Shown one piece after another: positions 51,864-64,000 of a DNA stretch of 64,000 nt (the stretch's first letter is position 1; each line of letters opens with the position of its first letter). Both the position numbers and the translations under genes were made by a program. The stretch is from Phoronis australis (taxonomy: Eukaryota; Animalia; Phoronida), in assembly GCA_002633005.1 (NCBI GenBank), contig NMRA01000529.1, positions 124,001-188,000 of the forward strand, in the 5' to 3' direction. The notes under the pieces are model-generated. The model was not told where the DNA came from. It ran no database searches and worked only from the letters and a program-made list of their open reading frames with translations.

Positions 51864-53704
51864 AGGAGAATCCCACTCAATTTAGATGGAATAGTTTCAC
51901 TCGATAGCAGCAAGTACAGCTCTTTTACCTGGCACCTGACGGTAGATGGGTGTGATGAAAATATCCAATGACGTCAGAGGTTCGAATGCAGTCTGTTCAC
52001 TAGTTCACAACACGCTTACTGGTGTCAGCTTACCGCTGAAATTTATCGTTTCACCCCAATAAATCATCAAAATGCGATGCACAATCCTTACAAATACATC
52101 GAGTTATTGAACAAACGTGTTTTTATTTCGCTGTTACAGAATTTAGGGATTTGAACGTACCGTAGTCTACAAAATACGGTAGTCCAATTTACCACGTCCG
52201 CGGTCGCGGGAGTTTAGGGTTGTTCGGTGATAAATTCAAATTCTTAGCCCGTGAAATATAAACAGGAGAACATAGCTAGGTGTTGTAATTTTAGACTTGC
52301 GATTTTTTTCTGTTCTAAACACACAAAACTCTTGCTATCCAGGGCCAATGGCTGGGAACCGGATCAGGTTCATTGCGGCCGGACTGAAGACATCACGAAC
52401 ATAAACCAGCCAAAGTTGGAAACTAAATTTCCAGCCTTGAAAATACTATACTAGTGAGCCAAAGAAAAAACAGTGGCTAATAACCGCAACACTTCAAATG
52501 CACTAAATAGCTCGTCTTGGGCCGCGAACTCAGGTTAGCCTTCCACAGAACCGCCAGGGCAAAAATTTAGAGTAACAATGATTCGAATTATGTATATGAA
52601 TGTCTAAATAAAGATTCCCCTAACATCTGACCATAGGATATAAAATCGTGTTTTTGTTTCGCAACAGCTTTCTGTCGGCAAACACGGCCTCGGTGTCTGG
52701 TGAATTAGTTCATTGCATCTAAAGCCGGTAACGCACAGATTTATTGAGTGCTGGCTTCTCGAAACATTTTCACTCACGAACAATCCAAGGCATTACAAAT
52801 TGTATCTAATGAGACAGACTTGTTTCAGTTTTATATAAGCATTGGTTAGGCTGAGAATAATTCATTTTGAAACAGAACTAACAATAATAAACGTCAACGT
52901 GCCAACTCGCAATCCCGACTTAGACGAGTGCTCAGCCAACGAAGGTTTCACACGCTACATGTATCAGTTCGAACCATACTACACTGAACAGAAATGAATA
53001 GGGAGGCTCCGTGAACGTGTACATGCAACGGAACATGGGGATAATTCCGAAAACCGTATGAATGGCTTGACATGGCATCAGTGAACTAAGCGCAGATGTG
53101 TCTCACGGAACATCTGGATTTTGCACCACATCTAAACAGAGGTTTGCTTAAGACGTATTTTTAGGGCAGAGAAAAAGAAGTGGCGAAAACATCCTGCACC
53201 CAGAGGACCAAACAGAAGCGTGACAAACGAGTCAGTAGTCCAATAGATTATACAACATGTCATGCTTTGAATTAGTTGTAATTGTTTTTGTTTCATGGCT
53301 AACTGTAATTCTCCATAATCAAAAATTGATCAACAACCGATCTGACGACTGCAAGCTATTGACAGACACGGAGAAGTTTCCCCGGCCTCATACTTGATAC
53401 TAACGGCGTACTTTTCATTTTTCACTACCGCGAGCCACTTCCCAAGTATTATGGGCTTTCGAGGAAATCGAAAAAAAAAACAAAAACCCGCTTTCCTCGC
53501 AGCTTCACTGTTCGCACAAGCAGGAGCAATACTCTATACCATAGCGGTACTCACTCTACAGAAGAACCACTGACGTCACTGCGTCGTTCCTCATAGGTTA
53601 ACGCAACAGCTCTCGTTGAGGTAAGATAGACCGTATTTGAGGTGATGTGGATATAGACCGATTAAGACGGTAAAAAAACTAATTAAATCAGGTGGCATTC
53701 TCCT
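51864..53704. mobile_element. Degenerate Kolobok transposon (KolX remnant on +, THAP remnant on -)
   Basis: TTAA|AGGAGAATCCCAC ... GTGGCATTCTCCT|TCAA; + strand YQFEPYYTE, RMNGLTW, CLTEHLDF..LNRGLLKTYF..WRKHPAPRGPN (~52955-53235); - strand MV*SIAPACANS..RFPRKP..KWL (~53400-53543). Confidence 0.7.
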
Positions 53705-55372
53705 TCAAGTGGATTCTCTCAAAGAAGGGCTCCGTCCCAGCTCACTGAATAAAATGCGCTCGTGCATTTCGACACGCGGAAACATAAGATCACGGGAAAC
53801 TTCCCGAGATATCGCCATGTATATCATATAGGAAACACGTGCTCACACAGGCTTCCTACGAGAGATTCTTGCGCCTACGGAGGTCGGACCATGCTCTTCT
53901 TCTCCTGTTCTGAACTTCAACATCATTCCATATTAAGTGGGCCTGGATAGGAAAAGGACTCCGATGATGCAATGATATGTCGCTCCTGGCACGATTTTGT
54001 GTAATTTGCAAATTAAAGAGCTCATGTCCGAGGTGGTGCCCCCTCTTGCCACTTGATGCCATGTATATTATATGTGAATGTGTAGATGTAGATGTATGGA
54101 ATATGTGTATGAATGGCACTAAAAACTATTACCTTTTGCATTCTCATGTTATGGTTCTGTTCAACGATATGACACTAATGAATCAAGAAACAGTATTGGG
54201 TGAAATCAGTTGTAATCTGTTTATAAGTAAAACATGCTGTTCTTGTTTAGCGAGTTTTGCATACAACCCTGTCTCTAAAAATGACATTTAGTATGTCATC
54301 ATTTTCGGAGCAAATTGTGTCGATGGGTTCAGTTTAAAACTGCTTTGTGATTGTGTGGGTATGGGCAATGAATGATAATCCAATAGCTGTTTTATTACAG
54401 TATGTCAGCCCCAAATTAACGTAAGTGACACCTGTTATCAATTAGGTACATTAACAATAAGCATGTGTAACTACGCCAGCTGAATGTAATTTAAGCTAAA
54501 TCTCGATTAACAATGGAGCGTCTTATATATCCATCCATGCACTCAACGCCCTGTGAATGATGATCTTGTTGGCAACGTCTGGAACCAACCGTGTTCACAC
54601 TCTGCGACCGTGTCTCGCACGGCGGACCTGATGGTCACTCCTGACAACAACCAGTATGATCTCACATTCTTATGCAGTGTTGTCAAGTTCTTTCTGACTA
54701 ACTACAGTTGTTGTGGCGCAACGAAAATCGGCAGCGTCGCACTGTCCATGTACAATTGCTACAGTCTGTAGTCACATTCCTTCATAACGCAATACGTGTG
54801 AGTGTTATCGTGCGGCCCATAATGCACAAGAGCAAACTGTAACTCAATATGGTTCCAGTCCGTTGACCTGTGCCCTTGCAAGGTGCTTTCTGGAATCGTT
54901 TACGAGATGGTCTTTCATGTACATGTTATGTCTTCAGTACATGTACATGTACTTCATTTGGTCTCAAATTTTATCCGGCATTGTGCATTTACATTATAGT
55001 TGCTATGTTTGGTAAGGACGCTGTAAAAAGGCCAAACGATTTCATGTAACCATAACATTGGTTGTCACTTTATCTTGAAATGTCGTGAGGTAGTAAAAAA
55101 GTATTTTCGACAAACTTTTCAGTAAATATGTTTTTGTTGGGTTTCAACTCACAATAAAAAGCACACGGAATGATTGAAATCAACTGCACTGTAACTATTC
55201 TCACTAATAATATAATATCGAAATACATGCATCTATTCTGACAATCTGGAAGGGCTTTTGTTGAGTTTTGTGCAAAAAAAATACACGGTTTTTATTGTTT
55301 ATTTTAGTCCCAAAATAAAACATAAAGTAGTAAAAGGCAAGTCATAAGCTGATATATATTTTTCGTTTTCAG

Positions 55373-55445
55373 AACAATGCAACTTCAACGTCACACAAGA
55401 CATTGTAGATGGGTTTATTCCCTGCGACTGCCCTCTGCCTTGTTC
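55373..55445 (+). CDS. DEG/ENaC gene 2 exon 8
   Basis: EQCNFNVTQDIVDGFIPCDCPLPC; tttcag / gtgagt. Confidence 0.93.
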
Positions 55446-56407
55446 GTGAGTAGACATATTGCACACTAGGGGGCAGTACGAAACAATGTCTATCATTATT
55501 ATACAGTCGCTTGCTCCAATTAATAACTTTTGGCTAATGAAGAGCCGTCATTGTACTTTCGACGAGACACCGTTTGACGCCTAGTGGTTTGCAAAGAATG
55601 GCTATACATACACTTGACATGGCAATTGTGATAATATAATTTAAAACTTCTAAATTTCCTGTAAGTAAACTGATGTCAATGACAACACTGAAGATCCGTA
55701 TCACGTAAGTAGCCGCCGCTGCTTTGCAGTTTTTCTATTTTTTGACTTCAGTTTAAATCTTTCACAATGTTGTCCATCGCTAAATTACGAGTAATCTCCG
55801 CTTGGACGATAGTTCGTACAATATGTTATGTCAGCAGAAGAAGGAAACATGCGTCATCAAGACACTGTCATATGAACTGCAAGTTTGGTTCACTAAAGCG
55901 CAGATTACGTACAAAATGATAATTAAAGGAAGCCACCTACATCTACTAAACAACACTAATTGCTGAACAAGTGGTCAAAACCTAATAAGCTACGAAAATT
56001 AATTTGCACTTTAAGTTACATTGCAAAAACAACTGTAACACTAGCATTAGTTTGAATAACTGATTTGACTTTATTTTGCAATGAATACTAGATATTTTAC
56101 CAGGAGAGGGCGCTTTATTATAAATGGCATTTTTATCAATTAAAATCAGCTCTTTTCAAAACAGATTATTGAAAAATCTTAGCAAAATTCTTCACGAAAC
56201 AAAAATAATTCAGTCAAAACATGTTACCAATTGCTGGTTCTTTCAATACGTCAGGAACGAGAAATTTTTAGTTTTAGTATTTATATGTCTTGTGGTTTAC
56301 GTAAAATAAGGCTTCCACAGTTGGGAACAAAGAATTCCACTTTTTACAAAAATGTAAAAACCAAGGACGCCTAAATGTGTCACGACTCTCAATATTCACA
56401 TTTTCAG

Positions 56408-56465
56408 TGAATCCACATATAGTCTTACAGTATCGACGTCACAGTGGCCATCTGATGCATATAAG
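56408..56465 (+). CDS. DEG/ENaC gene 2 exon 9
   Basis: ESTYSLTVSTSQWPSDAYK; tttcag / gtacag. Confidence 0.94.
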
Positions 56466-56911
56466 GTACAGTACATTTCAATGTAAGTGTACATCAAGTG
56501 TATTTCAGGGATAGACGCTTTTGTTGAAAAACATACGTACAAAAATATGATCGGAGTTCATGTTTATTGGCGAAAGTAAAAGTTTTGCAACTGTATTTCA
56601 TAGACGACTAACAAAAATCATCTGACTTTCGGGTATGAAGGAAGTTTTGAAAAATAACTGAGCCAGTTAGCATCTCGCTGGAGGGCGTAGGGGCATCGGA
56701 ATGACCGAACATAGGGGCCCTTGAATGTTTAGCCAGGACAACGTCAAGGTGGGAGAACGGAAGGGCGGGGGACCACTGAGGCAGAGAATCATCAGTGCTA
56801 AAATGAGGGTATAAGCACAAAGAAACGAAGCCAAAGAACCAAGAACGTATTTTTGCTATGTTAACTATTTTCGTGACAATTTGGCAATGATTGAAACAAT
56901 TTTCATTCCAG

Positions 56912-57073
56912 AGTGCTCTCTTCTCGAAGCTGACAGCTCTTAACAATACCCACGTACACGATATGCTCCAGAGCGATAACGATGCGATTATGTACAAGAG
57001 CAATTTTCTGAAGGTATCGGTCTATTTCGAAGATCTTAATTATGAAGAGATCAGACAATCCCCAGCTTACACG
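56912..57073 (+). CDS. DEG/ENaC gene 2 exon 10
   Basis: SALFSKL...SNFLKVSVYFEDLNYEEIRQSPAYT; ttccag / gtaaga. Confidence 0.95.
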
Positions 57074-57830
57074 GTAAGATAATACTGGCATACATGTATG
57101 CCTGGAGATGGGCTTGTCAAAAATAGTGTTAAGTCATGTTTTCTTTTGGTCGAAATGCCACATAACCCCCAAAATTCACCATGTACATTACATATAAACA
57201 TCGTGGAAATGTGTATCAGTACATGTACATAGTCCCACTGGCAAGCCTTTTTATGATTTATTATTAGTTGGTCTGCCAACCATAAAGCTGTGAATTTGAA
57301 AATGTCATACATGTGTGTACATGTATGCATTACCTGTAAAATGAAATGCAAGGCCGTAGGAAGCGCGGGGGCGGGGGGGGGGGGGCACGGGCCCCNTGCT
57401 CCAGAGCGATAACGATGCGACTATGTACAAGAGCAATTTTCTGAAGGTATCGGTCTATTTCGAAGATCTTAATTATGAAGAGATCAGACAATCCCCAGCT
57501 TACACGGTAAGATAATACTGGCATATGTATGCCTGGAGATGGGCTTGTCGAAAATAGTGTTAGGTCATGTTTTCTTTTGGTCGAAATGCCACATAACCCC
57601 CAAAATTCACCATGTACATTACATACATGTATAAACAGCGTGGAAATGTGTATCAGTACATGTACATAGTCCCACTGGCAAGCCTTTTTATGATTTATTA
57701 TTAGTTGGTCTGCCAACCATAAAGCTGTGAATTTGAAAATGTCATCCATGTGTGTACATGTACGCACTACCTGTAACATGAAATGCAAGGCCGTAGGAAG
57801 CGCGGGGGCGGGGGGGGGGTCACGGGCCCC
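56964..57830. repeat. ~432-bp tandem duplication joined by a single N (probable assembly/haplotype overlap)
   Basis: 56964-57395 repeated from 57397 across n at 57396, with a few SNPs/indels. Confidence 0.85.
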
Positions 57831-60108
57831 AAAAAATATTCAGGCGTCAGTGTTAAACTCTGGCAACCGACATACGCGTGGTTCAGGGAGAGTCGAGAAA
57901 AGAAAGACTGTTAAATGCGGATAAGTGAGAAAACTCAAGAGAACATAGTAACAACTCTGTATCAGTGCATTTTTTACCTCTTTGGGAACCTGGCCAGGAC
58001 ATTGTTTTTGGGGTCTCCACTTTCGCAGCACAGGTCGTCTAAATGCATTTGGAAACCTGCACGTAATGAATAAATTTCGAAAAATCTACAACAGTTGTAA
58101 AACGAAGCTTTTGCGGAGCGTATTAATTTACTGGATTTCTAAATTCAGTGAGTCAATTTTGCGACTGCAAAGCCATATTTTTCCAGAGGCCCCTCTCTGG
58201 CAAGGGATAACAGAGACAACTGTCGGCTTTTTCTCGAATTGTATATCACTTGAGAAAAATTGATGACCTGACAGACATATTGTCAATAGCTGCACATTTC
58301 TTGATTTTTGAAATTATAGATATTTTCACATAGAGGGGCCCCACGTCTGAAGGTGGTCATTGATGACATTCAAGTGGCCACGGTTTGTATGTTTCTATTA
58401 ATAAATTCTCAAGAGAGGAGCTATAATTTTGGACTCGATCACGTCTATTTTACTGTTTTTAACTTTCATGTTGAAGAAGGTCACTTCCTGCACCGTCGTC
58501 TGACCACACTACCATGGAATGAACTGTCACTCTTTTGCAAGCTTAATGGTGTTTAGCTTTTCATAATTAAAGTGTCCCATTTCAGACGGAACCCTCTCTG
58601 GGTGGAGCAGTTCGGAGAAATGTCCCTTTGTCTCTTTTTAAGATGGTTACAATGAGTTGTTTGTAAGGGATTCCCAAATGTGGAAAACACTGCTGTCGTG
58701 GCTACCATTGGGGTGACCGTGTACATGTGAAACGAGTGTACCAAAATATTTGCAATAATAAACAAATTAAACGAATATTTTAGCGTTTTTTTTGAGGTCC
58801 AGTTAAACTCGTGAACCGTTATAGGTACCACGGATTGACCAAAAATACCTTACTATGAATGCCCAATCTCCCATTTCCTCCGATTAGCCGTCAAAAATCT
58901 GCTAGCATGCGTGCGTAAATTGCTTACAATATTCCATTTTCATAAACAAATTCGTTGGTTTCTGATTTACATGTTTATGTATCTTGCTCTTTTAATGGAC
59001 TTTTGTCTGTTTTTTCTCGGATTTTTTGTTTCTCTGAGTCTGACCTTTTTGCCCACCTTGCCATCGAGCCCCCCGAGTGCTTCCCAGGTGCGCGCGTGCA
59101 CGGAGCACGTCATGCCAGGCATACCCACGTTAGAAATAAGGTGTAGGGCCTAACCATGCATGCAGTAGGCCTGCTTAGTATCTCAGTTACCCATGGGAAC
59201 TGAATATGAACTCCAGGCGTTGACGTGTGTTTAATTTTAGACACACTCTGTATCATTTTCCCCATCAAACATAAACTGGACTACCGGCTGTGTTCCATCA
59301 AGAGATTCTGAAACGGCCACAAAGGCACTCATACCAGGTACCTCGGGACCTCACCTTTCCAAAATTACTTCAAAGAATAGCCATAATAAAATGAAGTTTT
59401 CCCCAAACTGGGTCATAATAAAAGGAACCTTGACCTTCGACCCAGCTTTACAGTTACTTCAGGCAGCTCCCAGCTACCCGTCAGTGCGCTTGGTGCCTAG
59501 ACCCATTCTTACTCTCCGTGAATCTTTTTTGGTTCACGGTTACTCAAATCCTGAAGGCTGCATCCCGGTACTACCCCCACCCACGAACGTGAAGGTTGGG
59601 GTTTGGTACAAATATGGTGACATCTAGGGGGTTACGATAGCAAGGAGGTAGATTGGCGAAGTCAAATGGTTTCCTTCCTACGGGCCTGAAATGGGTGTTC
59701 ATTTGGCAACAATTCAGGATCGGCTGCAAATGAAGTTTGCAGTAAAACTTGGAAAATGGCGAGCATGCACATTCTATGGGTAAATGGCAGCAGTACATGT
59801 AAGGATGATTTTACCATCTTTGTCATCTGCTGTCTTCTTACGTGTAAATATCAGACGAGATTTCGCAAGCTAAAATTTTGGCACATTACTATTGACAATA
59901 ATCAATGCGACTTATCTGATATCTTGGCAATATTGTTCGTGCTGTCGGAGACATTGCACTTTGCTGAATCGTGAATACGTCATTTTTAGAAATATTCTTT
60001 TAGAACGTGAGATAGATTGTCCATTTTAGGCTCAGTTATTTTGTCGCGAAACAGGGCCCAGGTGAAAGAATATGTCCCTTTAATTTCACTGTAATTATCT
60101 GTTTACAG

Positions 60109-60300
60109 GGGAGCTCTTTAATAGCAGATCTTGGAGGTTCCGTTGGCTTGTGGATAGGGTGGAGCGTCATAACTATCATAGAACTGCTAGAATTTGTGTC
60201 TGACGTCATCGTCTTCAGTTGCAATAACATTTCAAAGTCAAAGAAAACAGCAGTGGCAGATTCTGGTGACGTCGTTATGCAGACTGCTACCTCCATGTAG
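60109..60300 (+). CDS. DEG/ENaC gene 2 exon 11 (TM2 and C-tail)
   Basis: GSSLIADLGGSVGLWIGWSVITIIELLEF...QTATSM*; ttacag acceptor. Confidence 0.96.
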   Translation, partial: GSSLIADLGGSVGLWIGWSVITIIELLEFVSDVIVFSCNNISKSKKTAVADSGDVVMQTATSM

Positions 60301-62786
60301 CACTTTCCTGAAGATACAGTCGCCTTGTTAACTTGGCATGAATAGAAATAAGGGACTTAAATAAAGAGCAATGGGAGAGATGCCTGTCGAGAGTTATGTC
60401 ATCAGATTTGTTGTACATTTAAACTATTGGAAAATCTGCTGTGCCTCGCCGTTTTTATCGATGTTCCCCTGTGCTCGAGTCTGGTTGTTTGCAGTTTAAG
60501 AACAGATTATGCAACATTCCACTTAGCTGTATGTACATGTAGATTGTTCCTCCATAGTTTCGTCAGTGTGGTGTTCTACATGATTTGTTTCAGCAAAGCT
60601 TTCACGCATAGTTTTGTTAACAATTTTTGTTTCATAAACGTGAACTTTCCAAAAAACGTTATCACAAATTATAAAACGGTGCCACTTCTGTAACACCACC
60701 GCCTATTAAAACCTATTCACGGTTTGGTTTCATGTATATGACTTAGGACTAACGAGACTGTCACACTAAAGCCATGAAATATGTAGCAAGCGCCACATGG
60801 TGACTTCCTGAAGAACTGCTTACATGTATAATCAGTAATAGAAACAATCTGTCAATAAATTACGGTTTTAAAGAAAACACCACAACTGATACACTTAAAA
60901 TAAGATTTATTATTTAAAATACCCTAGAAATTCCAAACATTATACAATCGTTATCTGATAGTGAACTAAAGAAATAATAAAAACTGCGCCTTGTTCCACA
61001 AGTGTGTCGATGAAATATCATCATACTCCCTCACGTAAAAATTGTCTCGAAAATGGAGACTTGCGAGATTGTAAGTGTAACTTAGATGGCTTCCGGTACA
61101 CCAGAGGACCCTGCGATGTTTGTAAATTGGTATTTCTTTAGTACAATTTTATGAGACCATGAGTCTCCAAGACAGTTTTTTGGTCTTTTAAGTCTGAGAT
61201 GACCTTAAAAGGTCATCTCAGACTTTGTTCACTATTAATCTTCTTTCTAACTCATATACAATGTACCAAGCGTGTCAACTAGTGCCTGATGAAATTACCT
61301 ACATTGTATGTACATGTACCATACATGTACTTATAGTGTAGTGACTCGGATGTACCTCTTGAATTCCGACGCCCAATTGTAGTGAGATCAGCGTCGACCA
61401 GCTTTTTGTGCCAGTTTTTGCTTCTAAAGGAATTCTTTGAAATTCCGACAAGTATTCCAGTCACTAATGTTGTGATTAGATTTTCATCATAAAGGTGCGG
61501 GATCCAATGTTGCAGTATGTGGCAACTGTTTATTCCAGGCCATTACACAAAGTAGCCATTGATGTAACTGTTTATGCCTAATTTGTTATTTGCTTAATCA
61601 TGCATGTCATACGTAACGCTTTGGCACCACGGTCGACACTGGGATCTGTGATAATGTCAGAATTCCACACACGTCTCTTACAACGTATTGACATGTTAAG
61701 TTTTCTCCTTGTCACTATTTAAATTGCGTGGAAATGAGCAAATGGTGCATTTTATTCTTGGGATAAAAGCGAGAGTGCATGTACATGCATGGCAAATCAA
61801 GGAAGCACTACCACATTTCTCTAAGCAGACACGGTATGTTTCTCTTAGGGGTTTAAAGTTTCTTCGAGAAAAAAAAATCCACAATGCGCAGTATTATGAT
61901 TTCGCAGTAAATTTTATTTCTTTCGGGAAATGGAGACCCGAGGCTTCAAAATTATAATTTGCACTTAGATGAACGCCAGTTACATTTAGAATGGCCATCC
62001 AGTTGGTCAGTAAGCTAATCATGCATCTCAAAGATTGTATATACACAAAACGTACCGAGAGTGGAGTATATCAAGTAAAATCCCACGAGACAATATCATG
62101 ATCATAATTGTGTCTTGGTGACTTAAGTAAGACTATTGGGCGATTTTGTAATCTGTGGTATCATTTTTGGAAAAGCTATCAAGAAAAGATGTTCAACCCA
62201 ACACAAATCTCTTTGCTTTTTCTCAGGTTGTGGGTCATATTTAAACTTTTCTGCAATGGGATGCACTTAAGACCAATCTGCCTTAGAGAAGCACATGACT
62301 CGTGTCCATTTCTTCTCACTCATGTGATTAATCGCGTGTAATTTTGTGTAGTCTTGTGGAATTTCCTTCCTCCTAAAATTGCTTTGCGGAACCTTGCCAC
62401 GTTCCGTGAAAACGGTCAAAGTGGCAAATTTCAAGAGGGTATGTGAACTTCAGCTAGTTTAAAAGAAGAGCAAAGCTTGGCGACAGGTTATTCTAACATG
62501 TCTTGTTTTAACACAGAGAATGTGTAAAATAACCCACTAATGGCATGGATAATCTAAGCTTCACATATCACTCCTCAATTGCATGTCAACGTCAACGGCA
62601 CGATTTAATTGGTCGTATTTGGGGTTATGAAAGGTTAGAATATACTGTTTCCCGAATATACAAATAGCGGCTAACTACTTCCCGTATAGGCCTACGCATT
62701 TAATACTGTAGTTGCAGATTTTTACTGCCGACGTCCCAAAGCACTAGATCTTTCCGTGGAGAAATCGGAAAACATGTTATGCCAGG

Positions 62787-62922
62787 TCAGACGTTGATCA
62801 ATCCATCGAACATATTAGACCCTTCAGTTGGCGCCAGGGGTGAAACTGAATTGCGTGATGTCGCCGACGTTTTACGGTACTTCAGACGTCCATCGTTACT
62901 ATTTTTCTTTTCATCCCCACAT
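62787..62922 (-). CDS. Terminal exon (cytoplasmic tail) of a single-pass membrane protein gene
   Basis: Polypyrimidine + taacag acceptor, phase 2 matches upstream exon; CGDEKKNSNDGRLKYRK...FDGLINV*. Confidence 0.72.
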
Positions 62923-63552
62923 CTGTTAAGGCAAAAAAAAAACAGTTCACGTTTACAGCCGACCACCACTCACATTTCGTTCATATCTATTACGAAAAAT
63001 GTAATGTGCGATATGGGCTAAAGCCTATCTTCAACACATGTAAAATTGTTCCTACAATATGTTAAGAGCATCGCTCTTAGTAAACTGGTGGCATAACATG
63101 CCGTCCAGGCCATAAAATTTCATCATAGCCAGCCAATTAAAAGGCTTTTGAAATAACCGACAGAAAATCAAAGAGAAAGACGGACGCTGAGTGGACGAAC
63201 ATCAGAGCAGCAAGGCCAAGCACACAAGCATCATCAGGTCGCTTGTACAAGCATCAGGTCACGTGCACAAACATCCGGGATATTTAAGTCACGGTGAATG
63301 ACTTACCCAATAATCACGAAAGGCTTGAAAATGATTGGTAGAAATTAGTGTATAAGATGTATTTGAAAAATTAGCATCTTAAAAATATCCGTAATATGTA
63401 CATGTAGCAAACCTGATACCCTGCGTCTCTGAAGATGTTCACTTTGACGTTGCATTTCGTAAAGAGTGTGATTCCGATGAATGTTAAATTCGTGTGCTGC
63501 TACACATTGGACAGATTGACATTCAAACTGTCGGTGCAGACGTCAAAATTAC

Positions 63553-63688
63553 CTGTTGGCTGCAGTCTTCTTCAAGTAATAAACTACCACAATCACTATG
63601 ACCAACAGCGCCACCACAGAGCCTGAGACGACCAGGATCACCATCAATAAGTCCGTTTCTTCAGCTGTCGATTCTGCCACCAATGTGT
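63553..63688 (-). CDS. Transmembrane exon of a type I membrane protein; gene continues beyond the window
   Basis: tttcttccag acceptor, CAG|gtaatt donor; LLMVILVVSGSVVALLVIVIVVVYYL-KK hydrophobic helix with basic stop-transfer. Confidence 0.82.
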
Positions 63689-64000
63689 CTGGAAGAAAAA
63701 GAGCATCGCACAACTGATCACCGAGATAAGGCTCTAAATGCCACTCAGTCAATGAGATCTCAGGCGACAAAATGCCAGAATCAGTGAGATACCTACGCAC
63801 TAAACAACGAACGTCCCAGTCTCAACATTTCTTCCACACAAAGATGTAAAGGCTCGCGGCTTATTAGAGAACTCCACAAAAACTATACACAAACGTGTTA
63901 CTTTGAAGAAATCTTGAATCATTCAATTTGGAAACTTAGTTCTAAGCAATCCTTGACTATTTCTTGTGACTGGCAAGAACGCAAATAATTGTTACCGGCG

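Larger units (their letters stand above)
30578..60300 (+). other. DEG/ENaC channel gene 2, whole locus (paralog of gene 1; TM1 exon not visible)
   Basis: 10 exons homologous to gene 1 with the same phases and near-identical lengths, no stops. Confidence 0.93.

Noticed and set aside
57397-57506. Extra partial exon 10 in gene 2
   Set aside because: Begins mid-exon at a single N; assembly overlap

Overview
Eukaryotic (invertebrate-like, AT-rich, spliced) genomic DNA; the supplied ORF track is mostly uninformative. The window holds a tandem pair of + strand DEG/ENaC (amiloride-sensitive/ASIC-family) channel paralogs with matching exon/intron architecture. Gene 1 is complete: 11 coding exons, 185-15958, 509 aa by my manual splicing. 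Gene 2 spans 30578-60300 with 10 exons found; its TM1 exon is probably hidden in the N gap at 32772-33280. The last two exons of a convergent minus-strand single-pass membrane protein gene lie at 62787-63688. Introns are packed with transposon relics: a 2.77 kb palindromic composite of two CAC-ended elements sharing one 5-bp TSD (Transib-like), nested Harbinger-type MITEs, Kolobok elements with P2X7-ballast-like (KolX) and THAP remnants, Penelope-like fragments with hammerhead-ribozyme motifs, a Tc1 pseudogene and tRNA-derived heads. Notable channel features are a G-W-S selectivity filter in both paralogs, HG changed to HA in gene 1, and a 25-bp minisatellite that quadruplicates the exon-1 splice donor of gene 2. 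Three duplications joined by a single N look like assembly or haplotype overlaps. All family assignments are by eye, from motif recognition; no database searches were run.
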